Shown here: positions 1 through 12,700 of the stretch, piece by piece
How positions within the stretch are numbered: the stretch's first letter is position 1
Layout of the letters: each line of letters begins with the position of its first letter
Origin: the human T2T-CHM13v2.0 reference genome, Homo sapiens
Length of the DNA stretch: 64,000 nucleotides
Assembly (NCBI RefSeq): GCF_009914755.1
Contig: NC_060931.1
Direction: 5' to 3' (one strand)
Translations under genes and position numbers: made by a program
Notes under the pieces: model-generated
Databases searched by the model: none
The model's input: only the letters and a program-made list of their open reading frames with translations
Told to the model about the DNA's origin: nothing

Positions 1-287
1 GTGGGACCAGGTGGAGATAACTGAATCATCAGTGGTTTTCTCCCATACTGTTCTCTTGATAGCAAGTGAGTTTTCATAAAATCTAATGGTTTTATAAGAA
101 GTTTCCCCCTTCACTCAGCTCTTATTCTCTCTCCTGCCACCCTGGGAAGAGGTACCTTCCACCATGATTGTAAGTTTCCCTAGGCCTCGCTAGCTATGTG
201 GAACTCTAAGTCAATTAAACCTCTTTTCTTTATAAATTACTCAGTCTCAGGCAGTTCTTTATAGCAGTGTAAGGATGGACGAATACA
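1..287 (+). mobile_element. MaLR LTR (THE1/MST type), 3' part
   Basis: Typical CATGATTGTAAGTTTCC...CAATTAAACCTCTTTTCTTTATAAATTAC...TCTTTATAGCAG...AATACA end. Confidence 0.9.
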
Positions 288-294
288 GCAACAT

Positions 295-2260
295 ATCCCC
301 TCAATTTCAATGTATATATTTTTTGCCTTTGATTTTCTGCAGTTTAAATATGATATATTTATGTGCAAGTTTTTTTTAACTGAATCAGTGTTCTTCAGGT
401 ATTCTTGATCTGTAGATGGTGATTGTTATTAATTTTACAAAGCTTTCACCAATTATAATTTCAAATATTTTTGTTTTACTATTTTTTTGTTCCCTTCTCC
501 TATTCCAAGTATTCTCATGTTGTACCTTTAAAAATCATCACACAGTTCTTGAATTTTTTGTTCTTTAAAAAAAAATCATTCTGTTCTTTTTTTTCCCTTT
601 GCATTTCAGCCTGGGAAGTTTGTGTTGACCTGTCTTTAAGCTCACTGATTCTTCCCTTGATTATGTCTAATCTATTTATGAGTTTATCAAAGGTAGTCTT
701 TTGTTCCAGTGTTTTGAGTTCTAGCATTTCCCCTTTGATTCTCTCTTAGAATTTTCATATAGTTGCTTTCATTACATATCTTTTTTGTGTTGTCTACTTT
801 TTTCCTTTAGATACCTTAACATATTTATAGTTATTTTAATTTTTATTCAATATTTCCCACATTTATCTCATATCTGAGTTTGGTTCTGATGCTTGCTTTA
901 TCTATTCCATCTTCTTTGTCTTGCCTTTTGGCATATCTTGTAATATTTTGTTGAAAGCAAGGCATAGTGTATCACAAAATAGAAACTTAGGTAAAAAAAA
1001 AACAACAGAGAAAAAACCTCATTACAGTAAGGAGGTATGTTACTCTGCTGAGGAGCCAGGCTTGTTAAATATTTGCTGTAGCTCTAAGTGACTGAAGATA
1101 TTATGTCTCTATTGTTGTTTTTATCTACCCTCTATGTTTAGTTTAGCCTAAGTATTGTTTTCAGATTTAGTCTCTGTCTTACCACTTTTTCAGTTTTATT
1201 CATTATTATTATATTGGAGTCTTGCTGGTTTGGTGGTAAGTTGCAGTGGAGGTTAATTATTCCATAATGTTATGATCAAATCTCAGTCTTTCAGAAGATT
1301 TGTATCTCAAGGCATTACAGGTTTCATGAGAGTTTCTCCAATGCTATAGCTTCCCCTCACCCTGCCTTCACCTTAGTGGAAACAAGAATACTACAGGGGA
1401 CTGCAGTGGGGAAAAATTCATTTTCTTAGCCACCTAAGTCTTTTCCTCTGGAGATTAGAAACAGAATGGGCATGTTTCAAAATGTCTTCAATGTGAAGCA
1501 TACTCCTTCTGTGCTAGAGCCATAAAGGGTTCATCCCAGCCCTTTTACTATAAATGCTTTTAAAAAGCCTGGAAGTAAAGCCTCAGAAATAGACTGAAGA
1601 CCCTAGTAGATTCTCACTTACACTAGTCCACATTCAGCTTCCAGAAATTAATCAAAATAAAACTTTAAGTGTTTTACCAGTGCATGACTTGAGTAGTTAC
1701 AGCTCCAAATATGTGGATCTTGTACATCACAGGTCCCCAACCACTAGGCAGTGGACCAGTACAGGTCCATGGCTTGTTAGGACCTGGGCGGCACAGCAGG
1801 AGGTGAGTGGCAGCAAGTGAGCATTACCACTGAAGCTCCGCCTGCTGTCAGATCAGCAGTGGCGTTAGATCCTCATAAGACCATGAACCCGACTGTGAAC
1901 TGTGCATGCAAGATATCTAGGTTGTGCACTTTTTATGAAAATGTAATGCCTGATGATCTGAGGTGGAACCCTTTCGTCCTGAAACATTCCCCCTCCTTGG
2001 TCGGTGGAAAAATTGTTTTCCATGAAACTGGACCCTGGTGCCAAAAATGTTGGGACTGCTGTTCTACATGACTCTTTGGATACACCTGTGTCTCCAGATT
2101 TCTGGAGAGCAGATGCCCTGCCATCTCAGTTTTCTGATGGGTTCATAAAAAGCCATGAACTTTTAGTGTGCTCTGTTTTGTCTTGTTGTTTTCACTTTTC
2201 TCCCTGTTGTAAGGATGTGAATAACAAAGGCCATCGATTTGCATGTCTGATCTGAAGCAG
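295..2260 (-). mobile_element. Old L1 (L1M) ORF1/5' fragments, interrupted by MER1B
   Basis: Minus ORF 515-727 (INRLDIIKGRISELKDRS) resembles the L1 ORF1 coiled coil. Confidence 0.65.
1728..2061 (+). mobile_element. MER1B (hAT-Charlie)
   Basis: CAGGTCCCCAACC...GTTGGGACTGCTG termini; 8-bp TSD TTGTACAT/TTCTACAT. Confidence 0.9.
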
Positions 2261-2309
2261 AAGTCCAACAGTTTTATTTATAGAAATTTTTTGTGTGATA
2301 GTATCTTTT

Positions 2310-3225
2310 GCATTTTTAATGTGTCAATATATACATAATCATTTTAAGTGTAGAATTCAGTGGTGTAAAATACATTCACAATTTTGTGTAACCATCACCA
2401 CTACATATTTCGAGAATTATTCATCATCTCAAACAGAAACCCTGTACTTTTTACAGAAGAATCCCCACCCTAATCTACTCTCAGCCCTGGTAACTTCTAT
2501 TATGCTGTATGTCTCTAAGAAATAGACTATGCTAGGTTCATCTTATAATTGGAATTATACAATATTTGTCTTTTTTGTCTGGCTTACTTCCCTTAGCATA
2601 ATATTTTCAAGATAAATCATGTTGTAGCATATATTGGAATTTCATTTATTTTTAAGACTGAATAGTATTCCACTATTTCTATATATCACATTTTGTTTCT
2701 TCATTTGTATTTTAATGAACAAATAAGTTGTTTCTACCTTTTGCATTTTCAATATTGTTATAAACACTGGTCCAGATATATCTGCTTGAGTCCCTGAGTT
2801 TAGTTCTTTTGGGTATATACCAAGGAGTGGAATTGCGGGGTTGTATGGTAATCCTAACTTGTTGAGGAACTGCCTGTTTCCCATAGCAGCTGTACATGCC
2901 ATTTTGCATTCCTACCAAAAATACACAAATAATCCAATTTCTGCACATCCTCACCAACTCACGTTATTGCCTTTGTTAAAAATAATGATCATCGTAATAG
3001 AAGTGAAGAGGTATCTCATTGTGGTTTTTATTTTCAGTTCTATAATAACTAAGATGCTGAGCATCTTTTCATGTTCTTATTGTCCATTTGTGTATCTTCT
3101 TTGGAGAAATATCTATTTTTCGAGTTCTGTGCCCATTTCTTATTGGGTTGTTTGTTTCTCTACTGTTGAGTTGTAGGAAGTTCTTACATATTCTAAATAT
3201 TAGTCTCTTATCATATATATGACAT
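2310..3225 (-). mobile_element. L1MB-type 3' end
   Basis: L1MB 3' UTR motifs and ORF2 C-terminal remnant (LPYNPAIPLLGIYPKE). Confidence 0.85.
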
Positions 3226-3639
3226 GGGGTAGCTTTTATGCAAAAGGCTGACAGTAACTGAAACTTAACTAGCCTCTTCATCACATTCTCCCCTGGATGC
3301 TGGATGTGTTTCAACCACATTCTACAAGAGTTCCAGAGTAGTTACTTCAGACAGCTTTCAACAGCACAGTAGCTTCTGGATGAAAGGATGGGTTCTGGAG
3401 CTTTCTGCTCTGTCATCTTCCATGGTATCATGGCTTATAGTGATAAAATATTAGTATATTTGTTCTGCTCCATTGTTTTAGTCTTCTTTCTCCATGGCTC
3501 CAATTACAGTTATATTGAATCATCTTTGCCTATAAGTTTGCCTATAAGTGTGTTTATATGTACACACACACACACACAATCTATTTATCTATTTATATAA
3601 AGTTAGAATATATAAAGTTTGCTCAAGTGTTTCACACCT

Positions 3640-3939
3640 GTGCATTTAACCAACCATAGATCAAAAATATTTGAAAAAAAAAACATTGTGTCTGTATATA
3701 ACATGTAGAGATTTTGTCCTTGTAATTGTTACTTGAACAATACAGTATTAGCACTATTTATGTAACATTTACATTATATTAGTCACTATACATAATCTAG
3801 AGATGATTTAAAGTACACAGGAGGATGTGCACATGTTATGTGCAAATACTACACAATTTTTATAAGGAACTTGAGCACTGGGGTTTTTGGTATCTGACAT
3901 AGATTCTGGAGCCAATCCCCCATGGATACTGAAGGACAA

Positions 3940-3941
<2 letters not shown>
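3640..3941 (+). mobile_element. MER2 (Tigger family)
   Basis: GATGATTTAAAGTACACAGGAGGATGTG...GGAGCCAATCCCCCATGGATACTGAAGGACAAC. Confidence 0.85.

Positions 3942-3991
<50 letters not shown>
3942..3991. repeat. (TG)n microsatellite
   Basis: About 24 perfect TG units. Confidence 0.95.
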
Positions 3992-3995
<4 letters not shown>

Positions 3996-4774
3996 GCATA
4001 TAATGCATCAATTTCTAATTATTTATATTTCTTTCTATATTTTGTTTTCTATTTCTTGGCTGCTTTCACTTTTCTGGACATCTCATTATATTTTGAGTGA
4101 AATCTGCATTTCTTTGAACATCTTACTAGTCTTCATGAATGAATTTCTTTGGTTAGTTAGGAAGAGAAGCTTATAATATGTTATTATCAGAAGAGAGAGC
4201 TGGAAAGAGATACATGCAATATGTTATTATCATATTAGGCATAATATATATGACTAATACATGATTATAAATTATTTTAATATTTAAAAATAAATAATCA
4301 GTGATTAATAATTATTTTAATAACCACACAATTAAAAACTATGCAACATTTAGTGTGTTGATGTTCTTCAATCAGAGATATTAATAAGGGGCTTTACAAA
4401 CTATTTTGAGAAAGATTGTATCAAAGTACTTCTCCTAACCTGCAACTGCACAAGATAGAGAGTTTGGCCCTAAACTTTAGCCTGCATTTGCATTCCCTTG
4501 TGGTATTAGTAAAACACAGGTTACTGAGCTTCACTTCTAATTTTTGTTACAGTAATTTTGGTGTGGCGTGGTGCTCAAATTGCTTTAATGTAATTCCCAA
4601 TGGAACTGATGTTGCTGTACAATAATTATAATTGAAAGACCACTGATATAAAGAAGAGTGAAATAAATGCATGCGTTCCTTTTACCATTTGCTATTATAA
4701 CAGTTTCTTCTAATGCTTGCATTATATTTAAAACATGTAAGTGGGCATATGGTTTTATTCTATATATTTATGTA

Positions 4775-5273
4775 TGTGGTATCAGAATAATGACCCACAC
4801 AAAAAGTCCATGTCCTAATCCACAGACCCAATGAATATGTTACCTTATGTGGCAAAAGGGACTTGCAGATATGATTAAGGCTGAGGACCTTGAAAATAAG
4901 AAACTATTTTGGATTATTGAGTGAGCCCAATCTAGTCAAAAAAATTATTAAGTGCAGAGAACTTATCCCAGCTTGCTAGGAAGGATGTGATATGAAAGGG
5001 ATTCGTTTAAACCACCATTGCTGCTTTTGAACATGAAAGAAAAGATCCAGGTGCTGAAGAAAGCACCCGGTCTCTAGGAGCCAAAAAAGGCAGGAACTGA
5101 ATTCTCTCCCAGAGGCTCCAGAAAGTAAAGCAGCCCTGCCAACATCATGATTTTAGCCCTATGTGATCCATTTCATACTTCCAATCTCCAGTAGTATGAA
5201 ACAGCACATTTATGCTGTTTTAAACCACTAAGCTTAGGGTAATTAGTTACAGTAGCAATGGAAATGTAATACA
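4775..5273 (+). mobile_element. MLT1D-like MaLR solo LTR
   Basis: TGTGG..AGAATAATG...GAATATGTTACCTTATGTGGCAAAAGGGAC...GTTACAGTAGCAATGGAAATGTAATACA. Confidence 0.85.
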
Positions 5274-5603
5274 AAACATTCCATAACCTCTATCTGCAAT
5301 GCAAATTTTATAACCCTTTTAATATACTTAGTTTGAAAAAATGAGACTGAAAGAAAAAAATATTAATGAACACAACCCATATTAGTCATTTCCACCTCTT
5401 CAGTCAACCTTTTACAAAGGTATTTCAGAGGTATATATTTTATCAAACATTTATACAATCAAAGGATATCATAACACTATCATAATGACACTAACATTAT
5501 ACCTTTCTCCACACTGAGCCTTATATTTTGGTCAAATGTACTTCAGAATTCCCATGTATTCTTCAGTTGTATGAATTTTTTCAGGGAAAAATGAACAACT
5601 TAC

Positions 5604-6356
5604 TTTTAGATGCTTTAATATATATATAAAGAATTTCTGCTTTAGTGCGACTATTTTCTAAGACTCTGGAAGATACATAAACTTATTATATGAGTTAGAG
5701 CTAATTATTTTTCACTGGTGTTGGTTTTTCTATTATTTTTCTTTTATAACTAATTTACTGGGCATTTTAATGGTCTTTAGGGGGAAGAGTGATGTATTGC
5801 ATCCTTTCCACCATATCTGTGGAAATTCCCCTTGGCTAACATTGAAAAGATGTAAGGGTGGGCTTGCTGGCATGAAACTACAGAGTGCCATGTTTCACCC
5901 TCAACAGAGAATTCTCTATAAAGCCATTAACTAGACCATAATTTTTTTCTAAAATTTATTATTAATAACAATTTAATTTTTTTGGTTTGTTTTTACTCTA
6001 ACGTCTGGGAAGAGAATGCATCTGAACACTATTTAGAGGAACTGGTTCCCTTGAAGACCTAATTGACCAGTTCTGTCTTTTTGGAGATATAGAACAACCT
6101 TATGTAATTAAACTTCAGGGATTAAATGCGTTCTTGGCAATTATTGTGAACCGTGGATTTAATTAATATCAAGTTGGATGCATATAAACTGATTTGTATT
6201 ATTTCTAATTATTCACTTAAGAGGGAGAAATTCAACAAAATGCATATAAAAATACAACAAACAGATTGTTTACTGTCAATCCATGGACTTCTTCAAAAAT
6301 TGTTTTCAGCTTTTTACAATTTGTAAAATTTTCACGGATGTGTACAAACTTATCTC
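5604..6356 (-). pseudogene. Most distal pseudo-exons, probable RGS-like unit
   Basis: 6274-6356 (KKLKTIFEEVHGLT), 5812-5877, and 5604-5665 (VLENSRTKAEILYIYIKASK; strong TCTTCCAG acceptor and GTAAGT donor). Confidence 0.5.
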
Positions 6357-7445
6357 CTAAACGTAATGAATACCCTAAATCCACGGATGTTCGATGTTTT
6401 TTTTTTTTTTTTTTTTTTTTTGAAGCATATCTGAGCAAAGTTATTTTTGCTATAAAACACAGTGATGGGACTGAGAGGGGCTTTCTGTGCTTAGGAACTC
6501 TTCTGTACCCTTGAACAAGACACTGAGTGAGGACATTTTGGGGTACTCTAGAAATAAAGGAAGACTGCAGCCTTAAAAACTTAACAATTGTTGATAACAT
6601 TGGTGAAAAAAGAAAACATAACAGAGAAGAGTGAAAAAGAGTAAATTACAAATGAGTCACTTTTGTTTTTAGTGGCCCCTAAACATATTAAACTTTATTT
6701 TTCTATATTCCTACCTACAAATATTAATATGTTTTTTGTTTAACAGTTGACTGTTATATTTTCACTGAATATTTACTTAGCAATTTTCCATGTTATCTTG
6801 TGGTACTTATTTTTCAATTTAAGTTTTTATTAAAGTAATAGATATTACAGTTACATTTTCTTTAAAAAAAAACTTAAGACAACGCACAAAAAAGCAATAT
6901 CATAATATCTTCAACCCTCTCTCCTGCCTGCTCCATAGAGGTATAATTTTCAACACTGTTAGAAATGTTTTCCAGTATCTAAACTTCTAATTTTAATTAG
7001 CATATGCTTCTACTAAAAATATCGTTAGTTTTTCAGTTATGTATTTATTAACTTGTTACTTTGAAAAATGAAATGATGATCTAGCTTACCTATACATTCA
7101 TTCATTCACACACACACACACACACACACTTTTACCTCTCACTTTTATGATTATAATGTCCTTTTTATAGCTATACAAAATTTTTGGTTTTCATACCCAA
7201 TCTTCTCACTATTAAGACAATATAAACCAAGTTCATGGTAAGCATGAACTGTAGTCCACATTTTCTTCCTAGTGCATTTCAGTTTCCTCTTTGCCTTGTT
7301 TTTATTGTTTGCTTAGTTTTCTACTTATCTTTTATTAAAGCATCTCCAAGTACTTTAACACAATTATAACCCTTTTTTAATATGTAGAAAAGCATCTGAA
7401 CGTTGGTAGTGTTTTGTTTTTTGTTTGCTTGTTTGGCAGCTAGTC

Positions 7446-8705
7446 TAAGGCTGGCTGTATAACTTCTTAGGCCCAGTGCAAAATGAAAATTCAAGTCCCT
7501 TTGTTAAAAAATATGAAAAGTACGATTAAAGGTACTAAAATATTGAGCCTTTACACGAGAAGAGATTTTACTACTTATGAAACAAGGTAGGGGTAGAAGT
7601 AATAAAGACTTAAACTTACAAATTACAAAAATAAGTTTTCTAGAATATAACTTAAAATAGTATAATTAATAATATTATTTTATTAACCTGATAACATGAT
7701 TAATCATAAAATTCTATGGCTTCTTTTCCCTGTAAATTCACTTATTAATTAAAAAACAATTCTTTTAGCATTTTATTTTCAGTCAATTTATTTAGAAGTT
7801 ACTTTAGTCAGTCTTGTCAAATATAAGATCCCAATAATTTTTGGTAATTTTTAATTTTGAAAAGTTCTTTCTGCTGATGCAACTACTATGGGAGCTAAGA
7901 ATCTTTTATAGACTTCAAGAACATTAAATACATTAATATATTCTGATAAATTAATTTAGATGTAAGTTTTAATATATCTAGAGTGGATGATTCTTATGGA
8001 ACAATTTTTCTAAAAAGATTTAACTCTTCTTATTAAACCAGTTTAATGTAAGTCTGAGTTTAATTCTAAATGTAAATTTATATAATGACATTTTAATATT
8101 TTTTGTTATTTCCTTAACTTTTGGTGGTTTCACAAAAAATGGAAAACGGCTTTATGATTTTTAAATAATTCAAAATTTGTTCTTTTGTATTTATTGCTGT
8201 ATCTCCCACTACAAGAATGCTTCAGTATGAAAACTCTGATTTTTTCCCTCAAATGTAACAACAGTCTTTTAATTTAATCTCTATTTCCAAGATTGGCCCT
8301 CTCTCTCCAGGCAAGGCTGCTACCTCTGCTAATGCTGCTTGTGCTACTGCTGCTGCTGCTACTACTACCAGTCTGGACTTAGGTCCAATGTCCCAGGCTG
8401 CTCCTACATGTGCCTGCAGGGCCTCCAGTCCAATGCCTCGGTGTGCACACTGGCCTCTGCTCTGGCTCCCTGCCATGCCTGAGAGGCCAATGCTGAGTGT
8501 TCACATGTGGCCCCCCTTGCCTGTACCTCTTCTGCTGTCACACATGCTCCACCGTTCTGTTGAACTTCCCTTGCAAAACACAAATTCAGAGCGAAAATTC
8601 TGAAGAATTGATTGACTGAAAAACAGAGCACTAAAGCAGTTGCAGGGCCTTCCAGAATTGGAGCCTTAAGAGAGTGCGCAATCACAAGCACGAGAAGCCA
8701 CCCTG
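7446..8705 (-). mobile_element. MER45R-like hAT-Tip100 element with transposase C-terminal remnant
   Basis: MER45-type ends (GGCCCAGTGCAAAATGAAAAT...; ...GAAGCCACCCTG); minus strand near 7830-7900 reads APIVVASAERTF/KLKITKNY (hAT dimerisation motif). Confidence 0.75.
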
Positions 8706-9384
8706 ACTAGGACTAAAATCTACTCATTTAGAACAATCTACTTATTCATCGTGTTTACAGCCCGCATGCATTGGGATTGGGCTGCCATTGCTTCTGATTG
8801 CTCAATGCCAATGACATGCAACTTGTTAAGTTGTTTGAATACCTCGCTAAATGTCCTTTCATTCTGTAGCTACACTCTTCCCATGGCTTTACAAACCAAG
8901 TCTTGTGTTCTGCCATGGAGCTCCTCTTCAGCATCAAGATAGAAACCCTCTCTTGCTTATCTAATGACTTGTTTCTTGTTTAGTCCCTAGTTCTGTGGAC
9001 GATTGCCTCCAAGAGTCCTTGAGGAAGGGTACATTGGCATACTTTAAAACATTATTATCTTATGTCTATTTTGATTGTGATTAACTCTTACTTGGTTGAT
9101 ATAGGTTTCTAGGTTAGAAAATATTTTCTCATGTACCCTAGAACTTAAAGTATAATTTAGAAAAAGAAAATATTTTCTCTTATTATTTTGAATGCAATCT
9201 TTCCTTTGACTTTCAGTTTTCATTGAGAAGTCTGATGACATTTTTTGTGATTTGCTCATTCTCCAACTCCCAGGAGTATATGTTTTGTTTACTTGTCTAA
9301 CACTGAAAACAAAACAAAACACTAGTGGCCTCAACAGGATATAATTGCATTTCTCTTTCACATAACAAAACTACAGAGGTGAGC

Positions 9385-11669
9385 AGTGTTAGTTTGTCAG
9401 GGCTGTTATAACAAAGTACAACAGACAGGGTAGCTTAAACAACAGAAATGTGTTGTCTCACAGTTCCGGAGGCTGAAAGTCCAAGATCAAAGTGCAGGCA
9501 GGGTTGGTTCTCCTGAGGCCTGGCTCCTTGGCTTGCAGAGGGCCATCTTCTTCCCATGTTTTTACATGATCTTCAGTCACTATGTCCATGCTCTAAGCTT
9601 CTTTTCTTGTAAGAATATCAATCATATCAAATTAGGACCCACTCTGATAAACTCATTTAATCATAATTGCCTGTATAAAGTCACTATATTTAAATAAATC
9701 ACATTCTGAGTTACCGGGTGTAAGGACTTTAATATATGAGTTTTTGGAGGATACAGGTAAGCCCACCACATTCTTCATTCTGTCCCCCAAGTATTTTTTC
9801 ATGCAAATATATTCACTCCATCACAATATATTCCAAGTATTAACTCATCTCAGCATCATCTCTAAAGTTTCATCTTACTATCTTCTAAATCAGATATGAG
9901 TGAGACTCAAGATGTGATTCATCTGGGGCAAAATTTCTCTTCATCTGTAAAAGTGTGAAACCAGACAAGTTGTGTGCTTTCAAAATATGATTGTGGGACA
10001 GACATAGGATAGACATTTCTATCCAAAAAGAAAAAAAATAGAAAAAAGAAAAGGATCATAGGTCCCAAGTAGGTCTGAAAACTAGCAGGGCAAATTGCAT
10101 TAGATTTTAAGACTTAAGAATAAACCTCATTGCTTCCATAATCTGTCCTCTGGGCCCAGCAGGTGGCCCTGACTCTCTGGCCATGGGCCAGTTGTTCTTG
10201 CCCTCGTTAGTTAAAGAGATGACCAACCTCCCTGGAACCAAGGAGGAAGCAATCATGTCCCTCCAGGCCTGTACATCCTGTAGTGCCATTGGCAGCTCTG
10301 TCAACCTCTGAACTAAGTTTGGGGTCATTCTTCTCCAGTCTTGAAGGATAATACATGTTTGTAACTGGGGAGTTCTCCACTGATCCATTATGTAGAATCC
10401 CAGAAGTCTGAAAACCTGCCTCCATTTCATTCCATTTATATCTCCTTTAGTTCAAGCCAGCAGATTTCTGCTGGCTGAAACCCCTGATGGCCTCCCATGC
10501 AATTCACAGGGTCTAAGCCATCAAAGAGGGTCCTCCACGCATCTGTCCTACATACCCCCCCATCTCTATTCCTGACTTCTGCTGAGATGGCTGATTGTTT
10601 CATTACATCATGCACCACAATCTCTTTAGCAAATGGTTGTCCATCCACACCACTGATGTTCTTTCCAGAACACACTTTCTCTCCCTTTGTTTTGAAACAC
10701 AGCTAAGCTGAGAATTTTTCAAATATTCTAGTTCTAATTCTTTTTTGCTTAATCATTTCTTCTTTACTTCCCCTCTCTCATATTTTATTATAAGAAGCAA
10801 GGAGAAACCAGGATGTCCTTCAACACTTTGCTTAGAGATATTCTGAGCTAAATTTCCAAGTTTATCCTTTACAAGTTCTACTTTACACAGAGCACTAGAA
10901 CACAGTTTGGCCAAGTTCTTTGCACTTTATAATAACAAGAATAATCTTTTCTCTTCTTTCCACAAGCATGTTCTTTTTATTTGAGTCTGAGACATCACCA
11001 GAAATATCTTTAATGCTTAGATTTCTACCAACACTCTTTTCATGATGATACATACGTATCCTAAGACCATAGAAGATTTATCTGTAGCTCTTCTCTTTTC
11101 TGTATGAACCCTCACCAGAATTATCTTTAATTTCCATATTTATACCAACAGTTTCTTGAAGGCAATCTAAGCATTTTCTATGATACATCTCAAAATTCTT
11201 CCAGCCTTTACCCATCACCCAGTTCCAAAGCCACACCCACATGGTAGGTGTTTGCAGCAGCCACATGGACTCCCCTGCACCAAAATCCATGGTAGTTTGC
11301 TAGGGCTGTTAAAACAAAGTTCAACAGACTGGGTGGCTTAAACATCAAAAGTTTCTTTTCTCACAGTTCTGGAGGCTGGAAGTTTCCAATCAAGTTGTCA
11401 CCACAAGCAGGGTTTCTTCTGAGGCCTCTCTTCTTGGCTTGCAGGTGGTCATTTTATCCCTGTGTCTTCACTGGTCTTCTCCCAGTATGTGTCTGTCTCC
11501 TCATTCCCTCTTCTTATACAAATAGCAGTCATATCAGATTAGGGCCACTCTATTGACCTCATTTCCTCCTAATTACCTCTGTAAAGACTTTATGTTCAAA
11601 TAAATTCTGAAGTGCTGGGGGTAGGGGCCTACCCATGAATTTTTGGAAGACATGATTCAGCCCATGACA
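9385..11669 (-). mobile_element. Full-length MLT1A0-type MaLR provirus (LTR 9385-9770, internal, LTR ~11289-11669)
   Basis: Two homologous ~380-bp LTRs flanking a MaLR internal region (WNWVMGKGWKNFE remnant); TSD TGAGC/TGGGC. Confidence 0.88.
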
Positions 11670-11990
11670 TGGGCCTAGTGTGTTGGTTCCAAACACACAC
11701 AATCTTTCAAGCTCAATTCTCCAATATTCTTAGAGTAGATCCCTTTTCTTCATGGTACATGATGACAGCTGGATTTCTAGTTATTACAAACCACATATTT
11801 AGCACCAATTTAAGTCCTGCTCTAAGAAGAGAGTATAAATAATTATACATCCCCTTTTTTTGTTTAAAGGGCTTTCTAAAAGTTGAAAAAACCACTCCTA
11901 TTTTACCTTATTGATCAGAATTTAGTCCCATAGCAGCATTTAAACACTAGGGAATCTGGGGAATATAGTCATTTTGCTTAGTGGAAATGC
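11670..11990 (-). mobile_element. Older MLT1 (J/K-like) LTR, continuing from ~9310-9384
   Basis: Degenerate MLT1 motifs on both sides of the MLT1A0 insertion. Confidence 0.5.
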
Positions 11991-12040
11991 TCTCTTCAAA
12001 GACAAATGTCTGTGGAAAGAGCTAATTTAGCCTTTAATTA

Positions 12041-12340
12041 TTTTTTTTTTTCTTTTGAGATGGAATCTTGCTGTGTCACCGAAGCTGGAGTACAGTGGCA
12101 TGATCTTGGCTTACTGTAAACTCCACCTTCCAGGTTCAAGTGATTCTCGTGCCTCAGCCTCCTAAGTAGCTGGGATTACCGGTGCGTGCCACCATGCCCA
12201 GCTAATTTTTGTATTTTTTAGTAGAGACAGGGTTTTGCCTTGTTGGCCAGGCTGATCTCAAACTCCTGACCTCAGGTGATCTGCCCACCTCAGCTTCCCT
12301 AAGTGCTGGGATTACAGGCATTAGCCACCACTCCTGCCCT
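12041..12340 (-). mobile_element. AluS (Sx/Sz-like)
   Basis: Full dimer; 14-bp TSD TTAGCCTTTAATTA. Confidence 0.95.
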
Positions 12341-12355
12341 CTTAGCCTTTAATTA

Positions 12356-12700
12356 ATTCACAAGTATTTACTGAAGCATTTACACTGTGCTGGGTATTAT
12401 ATTAAAGAAACAAAATACGATGTTGAAGGAGTCATAATTCTTGCTTTCTTCAAAATGAAGTCTAATCAGGGGAGCAGATATGCATAAAAATTATGCTAAT
12501 GCCATAAAATGCAAGAGTGGTGTTTCGAATAAGGTACATTTGTAGCTCAACAGAGAATGTGATAAAAAATGTTTGATGTACAAGCAGGGAGATGATGATA
12601 AGGGAAAGTGTCTTTGAGTAAATGATATTCAAGTAAAATATTAGAGGATCAATAGGATTCCATCAGGTAAACAAGACAGAAAAGGCATTTCATTTACCCA
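12356..12700 (-). mobile_element. L2 3' fragment
   Basis: ATTCACAAGTATTTACTGAAGCATTTAC... L2-type tail. Confidence 0.55.

Noticed and set aside
10107-11290. ORFs in the MaLR internal region as retroviral genes
   Set aside because: Fragmented non-autonomous MaLR internal sequence with no pol or env motifs.
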